From positions 580-64,579 of the forward strand of contig CAYULI010000012.1 in NCBI GenBank assembly GCA_964445795.1: 64,000 nucleotides of DNA. Reading direction: 5' to 3'. This DNA is from an uncultured Nitrospira sp. GTDB taxonomy: Bacteria > Nitrospirota > Nitrospiria > Nitrospirales > Nitrospiraceae. Below are positions 57,883 to 64,000 of the stretch, in pieces (positions within the stretch are counted from its first letter, which is position 1; the number at the start of each line of letters is the position of its first letter). The notes beneath the pieces are model-generated. The model searched no databases. It worked only from the letters and a program-made list of their open reading frames with translations, and had not been told where the DNA came from. A program made the translations under genes and the position numbers.

Positions 57883-59793
57883 ATGCAGCTCATTCAGCCG
57901 GTACGGGGAATACAGGAACAGGGACGGGTCGCTCCGAAACGACGGTTGCTACTGGTCGACCCCTATCCTCGGAACAATCCGTATCACCTGACGGCTGCCG
58001 AGCGCCGCGCGGTCTGGTTTCCCAAGCTAAGTCTTCCCACGATTGCCGCCTATACGCCGGACACCTGGGACGTCGATCTGGTCGATGAAGCTGTGGAGGA
58101 TATCGATTTCGATGATCCGTGCGAATTGGTCGGGCTCTCGATCATGACCTGTTACGCGCCGCGCGCCTATGAGATCGCCGCGGAATTTCGGAAGCGGGGG
58201 AAGACGGTGGTGATGGGCGGCGTCCATCCGACCTATTGTCCTGAGGAAGCGTTGCGGCACTGCGACGCGATCGTCTGTGGCGAGGCGGAGGATCTGTGGC
58301 CGGAGCTGATCGCGGACTACGAAGCCGGCCGTATGAAGCGCGAGTACCGGATGACGGCGTTCCCCTCCCTGGAAAATTACCGGAGCCCCCGGGTGGAATT
58401 GCTCAGTCCCGACGCCTATATGACGCGTCAGTGTACCTTTACCACGCGGGGCTGTCATTTCGACTGCGAGTTCTGCAGCGTCTCGCCGTTCAACGGGAAG
58501 ACCACCAGGCGGCGGCCGGTCCAGGAAGTGGTACGGGAGATCGTGCAGGTTCAGCGATGGGTGCGCAGCGAGCTGATCGAGCGTATTTCGAACGAGCCGT
58601 TCTGGCAGGCGTTGCGAACGACGTTCCGGATCCGGGTCGGGATCGAAGACGGCGGCATCGTCGCTTTCGTGGACGACCTGCACAACAGCAACCGGGCCTA
58701 TTGTCGCGAGCTCTGGAACGCGCTCAAGCCGCTCAAGATCAAGTGGGGCTGCCAGTCCACGCTGTTTCTCGGCGACGACGAGGAGATGGTGAAGCTGGCG
58801 GCGGAGAGCGGTTGCGTGTCCGTATTCGTCGGAATGGAGTCGCTCGACGAGGACTGCCTCGAGGAAACCAACAAGCCGTTCAACCGCGTCCAGAAGTTCT
58901 CGCAAGAGATCAAGATGTTTCACGACTACGGGATCATGGTGAACCCGGGCATCGTGTTCGGGTTCGACAACGACGACGAGTCCGTGTTCGAGCGGGCCGT
59001 CGAGTTCCTGACGAAGAATCGGGTGGAGCTGGCCTACTTCAACGTGCTCACGCCGCTGCCGGGTACGGCGTTGTTCGACCGGTACGATAAGGCTGGAAGG
59101 ATTTTCGACCGCGACTGGGCGAAATACGACGGCAAGCACGTCGTGTTCCAGCCCAGCCGTATGAGCCCGGAGCAATTGCAGGAAGGGTTCCACTGGGCCA
59201 ATCACCAGTTTTACTCCCTGCCCAACATTTGGTATCGCCTCGCGGGGACCAAGCAACGGCTGATCGCGCGTTGGGAAATGAACCGCGAGTTCCGCAAGCT
59301 CGTGAAGCGGGCCTGTCCCAAAGGGCGGCTCTCGCCACTGGCCAAGGTGCTCAAGAATCTCCAGGCGAAGCTGCCGGCGTTCGACACGGACAATCTGATT
59401 CCGAACGCGTTGCATGCCATCAAGCAGCGGTTCGATCAGCGGCCGGCGCCCCAGCACGCCGCGCTCACCATCAAAGCCAAGCGGCACGATAAGTTCGCCG
59501 CCCTCTTTGTCGACTTGGAAGGCACGCTGGACCGGATCACCGCGCAGGAATTGATCCGGCGTATCAAAGAGGCGGCGGAGAAGGCGAGGCTCGACATCAT
59601 CGTTAATTTCGAGCATCTGAAGCACGCGACGCCCGACGCGCTCCAGGCGCTGATCGATTCCAATGCGATCAAGGCAGCCATCCCGAACGTCAGGGTCCGG
59701 TACCGGAAGTTCCGGGACGCCTTCGAAGCCGCGTTGCAGGGGTTGTCGTTGTCCGGAGTCGAGTTTCTCTGCGAGGATATTCAAGATGCATGA
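57883..59793 (+). CDS. B12-binding-domain radical SAM enzyme (DUF4070-type) with C-terminal STAS-like extension
   Basis: Cobalamin-binding-like N-domain (VGLSIMTCYAPRAYEIA...VVMGGVHPT), radical SAM CHFDCEFCS (CxxxCxxC), then about 135 extra aa (LTIKAKRHDKFAALFVDLEGTLDRITAQELI...) resembling a STAS fold. Confidence 0.8.
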   Translation: MQLIQPVRGIQEQGRVAPKRRLLLVDPYPRNNPYHLTAAERRAVWFPKLSLPTIAAYTPDTWDVDLVDEAVEDIDFDDPCELVGLSIMTCYAPRAYEIAAEFRKRGKTVVMGGVHPTYCPEEALRHCDAIVCGEAEDLWPELIADYEAGRMKREYRMTAFPSLENYRSPRVELLSPDAYMTRQCTFTTRGCHFDCEFCSVSPFNGKTTRRRPVQEVVREIVQVQRWVRSELIERISNEPFWQALRTTFRIRVGIEDGGIVAFVDDLHNSNRAYCRELWNALKPLKIKWGCQSTLFLGDDEEMVKLAAESGCVSVFVGMESLDEDCLEETNKPFNRVQKFSQEIKMFHDYGIMVNPGIVFGFDNDDESVFERAVEFLTKNRVELAYFNVLTPLPGTALFDRYDKAGRIFDRDWAKYDGKHVVFQPSRMSPEQLQEGFHWANHQFYSLPNIWYRLAGTKQRLIARWEMNREFRKLVKRACPKGRLSPLAKVLKNLQAKLPAFDTDNLIPNALHAIKQRFDQRPAPQHAALTIKAKRHDKFAALFVDLEGTLDRITAQELIRRIKEAAEKARLDIIVNFEHLKHATPDALQALIDSNAIKAAIPNVRVRYRKFRDAFEAALQGLSLSGVEFLCEDIQDA

Positions 59794-61048
59794 TTTTCAG
59801 TACCGTCAAGGGGAGTTGCATTGCGAGCAGGTGCCGGTGAGCCGGATCGTCAAGGAAGTCGGCACGCCCTGCTACGTCTATAGCCATGCCACGCTGGTCC
59901 GGCACTTCCGCGCCTACGACAATGCGTTTCAGCGCATTCCGCACATGATCGCCTTTGCCATGAAGGCGAATTCCAACCTGGCGGTTCTGCGGCTGATGGC
60001 GAGGGAGGGCAGTGGAGTTGATATCGTGTCCGGCGGCGAGCTGTTCCGCGCCTTGAAGGCGGGCGTCTCTCCCTCCAAGATCGTATTCGCGGGCGTCGGC
60101 AAGAGTCCCGACGAGATTCGCGATGCGCTCAAGGCGGACATCCTCATGTTCAACGTCGAGTCGTCGGCTGAGGTGCACGCAATCAACGAAGTGGCGGCCT
60201 CGGTCGGGAAGAAAGCCCGCGTCGCGCTCCGGATCAATCCAGACATCGATCCCAAGACCCATCCGTACATTTCCACCGGGCTCAAGAAGAGCAAGTTCGG
60301 CATCGCCGCGGATCGCGCACTCGAGGAGTTCAAGACCGCCGCCGCGTCGAGCCACATCGATGTCGTGGGCGTCCACAAGCACATCGGGTCGCAATTGACC
60401 GAGGTGACGCCGTTCGTCGAGGCGCTCAAGAAAATCCTCACTCTGGTGGAGGCTCTCAAGCGCGACGGCATCGATATCCGGTACATCAACATCGGCGGGG
60501 GACTCGGGATTACGTATGCCGACGAAACGCCGCCGCTGCCGCAGGATCTGGCGGATGCGATTTTTCCGCTCGTGCGCGATTTGAAGGTGACCCTCATCAT
60601 GGAACCGGGCCGGGTGATCGTCGGGAACGCCGGCATCCTCGTGACGAAGGCGCTCTACCTCAAGGAAGGAGAGGCCAAACGATTTGTCATCGTGGATGCG
60701 GCTATGAACGACCTGATCCGTCCGAGCCTGTACGGCGCCTACCATGAAATCCGGCCGCTGAAGGAAGAAGCCGCGCATCGGACCAAGCACCAGGTGGACA
60801 TCGTCGGGCCGGTCTGCGAGTCCGGGGATTTTCTGGCGAAGGACCGGTTGTTGGCGGAGGTGAAACCGGGCGAGGTGCTGGCCGTCATGAGCGCCGGAGC
60901 CTACGGCTTCGTGATGTCGTCGAATTACAATTCCCGGCCGCGCGTGCCCGAAGTGCTGGTGAAGGACGGGGAGATCCACGTCATCCGCGCCAGAGAAACG
61001 TATGACGACTTGATCAGGGGCGAGACGATCCCCTCGTTCCTGCAGTAG
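59786..61048 (+). CDS. lysA: Diaminopimelate decarboxylase
   Basis: TPCYVY, FAMKANSN (PLP Lys), GGGLGI and CESGD. The ATG at 59786 overlaps the radical SAM stop. Confidence 0.95.
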   Translation: MHDFQYRQGELHCEQVPVSRIVKEVGTPCYVYSHATLVRHFRAYDNAFQRIPHMIAFAMKANSNLAVLRLMAREGSGVDIVSGGELFRALKAGVSPSKIVFAGVGKSPDEIRDALKADILMFNVESSAEVHAINEVAASVGKKARVALRINPDIDPKTHPYISTGLKKSKFGIAADRALEEFKTAAASSHIDVVGVHKHIGSQLTEVTPFVEALKKILTLVEALKRDGIDIRYINIGGGLGITYADETPPLPQDLADAIFPLVRDLKVTLIMEPGRVIVGNAGILVTKALYLKEGEAKRFVIVDAAMNDLIRPSLYGAYHEIRPLKEEAAHRTKHQVDIVGPVCESGDFLAKDRLLAEVKPGEVLAVMSAGAYGFVMSSNYNSRPRVPEVLVKDGEIHVIRARETYDDLIRGETIPSFLQ

Positions 61049-61059
61049 AGGAAAGACGT

Positions 61060-61932
61060 ATGTTTACCGGCTCGCTGGTAGCCATTGTCACGCCGTTCCG
61101 CAAAGGTAGAGTCGATGAACGGGCCTTGGCCGAGTTGATTGAGTGGCAGATCGCCAAGGGTACGAACGGCATCGTTCCTTGCGGCACCACCGGCGAATCC
61201 GCCACGTTGTCCCACGAAGAGCACAACCGGGTCATTGAATTGACCGTCGAGGTGGTCAACCGGCGCGTCCCTGTGATTGCGGGGACCGGCTCCAACAGCA
61301 CCGATGAAGCCATCGCGCTGACCAGACATGCCAAACAGGCTGGAGCGGATGCCGCCCTGCTGATCACGCCGTACTACAATAAGCCCACGCAAGAGGGGCT
61401 CTATCGGCATTACAAAGCAGTGGCGGAGTCGGTCGATCTGCCGCTGGTCTTGTACAACATTCCTGGGCGCACCGGCGTCAACATGCTGCCCGCCACGATT
61501 GCGCGGTTGTCGTCCATCAAAACCATCGTCGGTGTGAAAGAGGGCAGTGGCTCGGTGCAGCAGGCGTCGGACATCGTGCAGTTGTGCGGCGACCGGCTGA
61601 CCCTACTGGCCGGGGATGACGCGCTGACTTTGCCGATGATGGCGGTCGGCGGGAAGGGCGTCATCACGGTGACCGCCAATCTCCTCCCCGCCGAAATGGC
61701 CCAACTCGTCAAGTCCTTTGCCGACGGAAAGCTGGAAGAGGCCCGTCGGCTCCACTTCAAGCTCTCGCCGTTGTTTGCCGCGTTGTTCTACGAAACCAAT
61801 CCCATCCCCGTGAAAGAGGCGCTGGGCATGATGGGCAAGATCGATCCGGAGCTGCGCCTGCCCTTGTGCCCGATGGCCCAGGACAATCGGGAAAAGCTGG
61901 TCCGTGTGCTGAAGGACATGGGGCTGATCTAA
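61060..61932 (+). CDS. dapA: 4-hydroxy-tetrahydrodipicolinate synthase
   Basis: GTTGES, YNKP, YNIPGRT and KE (Schiff-base Lys region). Confidence 0.95.
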   Translation: MFTGSLVAIVTPFRKGRVDERALAELIEWQIAKGTNGIVPCGTTGESATLSHEEHNRVIELTVEVVNRRVPVIAGTGSNSTDEAIALTRHAKQAGADAALLITPYYNKPTQEGLYRHYKAVAESVDLPLVLYNIPGRTGVNMLPATIARLSSIKTIVGVKEGSGSVQQASDIVQLCGDRLTLLAGDDALTLPMMAVGGKGVITVTANLLPAEMAQLVKSFADGKLEEARRLHFKLSPLFAALFYETNPIPVKEALGMMGKIDPELRLPLCPMAQDNREKLVRVLKDMGLI

Positions 61933-61958
61933 CGGACACCCTCGAGGTAGCAGGGAGC

Positions 61959-62762
61959 ATGATCAAAGTCATCATCGCCGGGGCGGCGGGGCGCATGGGC
62001 GGCAGATTGGTGTCGTTGGTCCGCGACTCGACGGCGTTGACCCTGGTCGGAGCCCTCGAAGGCAAGGGCCATCACGCACTGGGTGAGGACGCCGGAGAGA
62101 CAGCGGGGTGCGGCCGCGCCGGCGTTCCGATCACGGACGATCTCGCGGCCCTGCTGGAACGAGGCGAAGTCGTCATCGATTTCACCACGCCCGAAGCCAC
62201 GCTCGAGCACATGCGGGCCGTGGTGCAGCATCGGCGGGCGATCGTCATCGGGACGACAGGCTTCTCCGGACAGGAACTCGACGAACTCCGGTTGCTGGCC
62301 CGCCAGGTCCCCTGCGTCTTTTCTCCTAATATGAGTGTCGGGGTGAACGTGATCTACAAGGTCATTGCCGAGATGGCAAAGGCGCTCGGGGACGATTACG
62401 ACATCGAAGTCATCGAGGCGCACCACCGGTTGAAAAAAGACGCACCGAGCGGGACTGCGCTCAAGATCGCCGAAGTGCTCGCGCGCGCGGTGAATCGCGA
62501 CCTCAATCAAGTCGGGGTATATGCACGAAAGGGGCTGATCGGCGAGCGGAAGAAAGGCGAGATCGGCATTCAAACGATCCGGGCCGGCGACATCGTGGGT
62601 GATCACACGGTGCTCTTCGGTGGCATGGGCGAACGGATCGAGGTCACGCATCGGGCCAGCAGCCGGGACACCTTTGCCCGTGGGGCCTTGCGGGCGGCTC
62701 GGTGGGTGGTACGCCAGCCTCCGGGAATCTATGACATGATGGACGTGCTCGGTATTCGGTAG
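61959..62762 (+). CDS. dapB: 4-hydroxy-tetrahydrodipicolinate reductase
   Basis: GAAGRMG, EAHHRLKKDAPSGTA. AGGGAG RBS before the ATG at 61959. Confidence 0.95.
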   Translation: MIKVIIAGAAGRMGGRLVSLVRDSTALTLVGALEGKGHHALGEDAGETAGCGRAGVPITDDLAALLERGEVVIDFTTPEATLEHMRAVVQHRRAIVIGTTGFSGQELDELRLLARQVPCVFSPNMSVGVNVIYKVIAEMAKALGDDYDIEVIEAHHRLKKDAPSGTALKIAEVLARAVNRDLNQVGVYARKGLIGERKKGEIGIQTIRAGDIVGDHTVLFGGMGERIEVTHRASSRDTFARGALRAARWVVRQPPGIYDMMDVLGIR

Positions 62763-62799
62763 GTTTTCTTCACTGCGGAACAGGACGCACTCATTCCCC

Positions 62800-62822
62800 G
62801 GAAAGCCGCCTCTCCGGCTTCC
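62800..62822 (+). terminator. Possible terminator hairpin after dapB
   Basis: GGAAAGCCG / CGGCTTCC stem with one bulge, followed by a weak T-containing tract. Confidence 0.25.
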
Positions 62823-62864
62823 TGCTTATCATAGGTCAGGGGTTTCGGTTCCGTCATCGCGCGG

Positions 62865-63017
62865 TCAATGTCGAGCCGTAAGGGGCCGAGGTTCCTGGTC
62901 CGCTGCTTTACGACGACCACAATTCAAACACGCAAACACCGTGATCGCCAGTCCTGCGTCCAAATCCACTGCCCGTTCCGGCAACATCGTTCCGCGGCAC
63001 TTATCGCAAGTCTTCAT
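62865..63017 (-). CDS. Small zinc-ribbon protein (50 aa), paralog of 26412-26600
   Basis: MKTCDKCRGTMLPER...FACLNCGRR, found by hand translation (below the ORF-track cutoff). Shares C.KC.G.M..ER and CLNCG with the other copy. Confidence 0.3.
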   Translation of the reverse strand: MKTCDKCRGTMLPERAVDLDAGLAITVFACLNCGRRKAADQEPRPLTARH

Positions 63018-63223
63018 GGCGGCACTCTACCATGCGCTGAAATGGAAGCATATCCTCCGGAAGTACTGGATAGACCGGGGAAGAATCCCCATCGACCTCG
63101 CGCGGACATGGGTCATTCGGGCCGCCTACGTACCACGTAGCACTACGAGGGAAAGATCGGCCGAGCGCTTGACAGACCCCACCCTGTCCCATAGGATTGT
63201 GGCCTTTCTGACAGTGGCCTACT

Positions 63224-63478
63224 ATGTATAGACTTCTGGTCATCCTCGGTCTCTTGATGGTGCTCTATTTCTTGGTGCGGCGTGTGGTCCGTGAGTTCAA
63301 AAGCGGGCATCTAGACAGGCGTGGCTTGTCGGTGGATCAGGACCAGATGGTGCAAGATCCTGTATGCCTAACGTTCGTACCGAAAAAGATTGCCGTGGAG
63401 GAGCGGGTTGGCGAGCAGACCTATTGGTTCTGCAGCAGCCAGTGCGCGGCCGACTTTCAAAAGCAGCGTTCGGGCTAG
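63224..63478 (+). CDS. Membrane-anchored TRASH/YHS-type metal-binding domain protein
   Basis: N-terminal TM (LLVILGLLMVLYFLV), then DPVC..FV.......G....FCSSQC. Confidence 0.6.
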   Translation: MYRLLVILGLLMVLYFLVRRVVREFKSGHLDRRGLSVDQDQMVQDPVCLTFVPKKIAVEERVGEQTYWFCSSQCAADFQKQRSG

Positions 63479-63789
63479 CAGCCCGAGTAGCTATAGTCAG
63501 ACAGTTTGTCGTCCTTGTCGAACTTGAGCGTGATCTGGCATTGATTCGGTGAAAAGTTGAACAGAGGGAGGCCGGACTTTCCGCCTGCGATGCGATAGTA
63601 GGTCCAGGTCTCGCCGCCGAAGAACCGGGAAGCTTTCCCGTCCGGGGCGCCCCAGTTCTTTTCGAACCAGGCCTTGTCCTTTCCCTGAAGTTCGGCCGGC
63701 TTCAACGAGGCCTCGAGATAGGGGTTGCTCCCGCCGCATGCAGTCAGAGCGAAGCACAGAAAGAGGAGCCAAGCAGCGCGTCGCATCAT
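63475..63789 (-). CDS. Small lipoprotein, hypothetical
   Basis: Lipobox FALTACGG after MMRRAAWLLFLC. ATG at 63789. Confidence 0.6.
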   Translation of the reverse strand: MMRRAAWLLFLCFALTACGGSNPYLEASLKPAELQGKDKAWFEKNWGAPDGKASRFFGGETWTYYRIAGGKSGLPLFNFSPNQCQITLKFDKDDKLSDYSYSGC

Positions 63790-63977
63790 GAAGTCTCCAG
63801 ATGGTCGTAGCGTGTCATGGGCTGAGGCCCGATCGGTTGACGAGCGGATTCTAACTGCCGCTCGGAGGGCTGTCAAACGTGCCTGCGGAAAACGTTGCGG
63901 TAATCTCGAGTTCTTCCTACAATAGCCGAAAAGAATAGCAGCGCCGGCCGGCGTATGCGGAAAGAAAGGACCCGCAC

Positions 63978-64000
63978 ATGAAATTCTATCTCGACACAGC
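63978..64000 (+). CDS. 5-prime end of a gene, possibly a short-type transaldolase (MKFYLDT...)
   Basis: ATG preceded by AAAGGA. MKF[FY]LDT is the usual N-terminus of Fsa/TalC-type transaldolases. Only 7 codons are visible. Confidence 0.25.

Noticed and set aside
58027-60979. 585-aa and 429-aa minus-strand ORFs antisense to the radical SAM gene and lysA.
   Set aside because: The sense strand carries unambiguous CxxxCxxC and LysA motifs. The antisense translations are Arg/Asp/His-rich with no domain pattern.
1-64000. Searched for CRISPR arrays, transposases, integrases, phage genes, restriction-modification and known defence-system signatures (nucleases, STAND/AAA+ NTPases, reverse transcriptases, TIR/SIR2).
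   Set aside because: No regularly spaced direct repeats were found. No ORF has DDE, tyrosine or serine recombinase motifs or defence-type motifs. Every large ORF is explained by housekeeping functions or listed above.

Overview
High-GC (about 60%) bacterial chromosome, almost all housekeeping operons. Gene content and synteny suggest a Nitrospira-like lineage, but that is a hunch I cannot verify. Layout: (1) 0.3-9.3 kb, one co-directional sulfate-assimilation cluster ending at a strong terminator: partial Rrf2-like regulator, sulfite reductase with a TusA-like tail, Fe-S type APS reductase, a degenerate TrpD-like protein, CysD, CysN/C, an Mrp/ApbC Fe-S carrier and a zinc-ribbon/PCP_red protein. 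(2) A His-rich membrane protein, yebC, and ruvA and ruvB split by a Cys-rich secreted ORF. (3) 13.3-24.2 kb, aromatic amino acid/translation super-operon pheA-hisC-aroF-tyrA-aroA-cmk-plsC-rpsA-sppA-ihfB plus a four-repeat PCP_red protein. (4) 24.3-31.6 kb, a lower-GC accessory-looking patch: FG-GAP lipoprotein, small ORFs, DD-carboxypeptidase, secreted hypotheticals, a LysR regulator divergent from a lipoprotein truncated hemoglobin, and a frameshifted membrane gene. (5) gdhA-lipB-HtrA-like protease-sigma-70 factor and SPFH/NfeD on the minus strand. (6) trmI-SDR-aroE-aroK-tRNA-Arg(UCG), then about 0.95 kb of low-GC sequence with only micro-ORFs. (7) pal, PilZ, msrA, ttcA, a translationally coupled HExxH peptidase + ATP-grasp pair, an outer-membrane barrel and gpmA. 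(8) argD-argF-argG-argH, a small lipoprotein, a B12-radical-SAM enzyme with a STAS-like tail, and lysA-dapA-dapB. I found no CRISPR array, transposase, integrase, prophage or recognisable defence system. The best candidates for uncharacterised biology are the peptidase/ATP-grasp pair, the six PCP_red repeats in two proteins of a non-phototroph-like genome, the catalytically degenerate TrpD-like gene inside the sulfate operon, the radical-SAM/STAS fusion inside the arg-lys operon, a 21-bp perfect inverted repeat pair, and two paralogous small zinc-ribbon ORFs (one below the 60-aa ORF cutoff). All domain calls come from motifs read by eye, with no database search.
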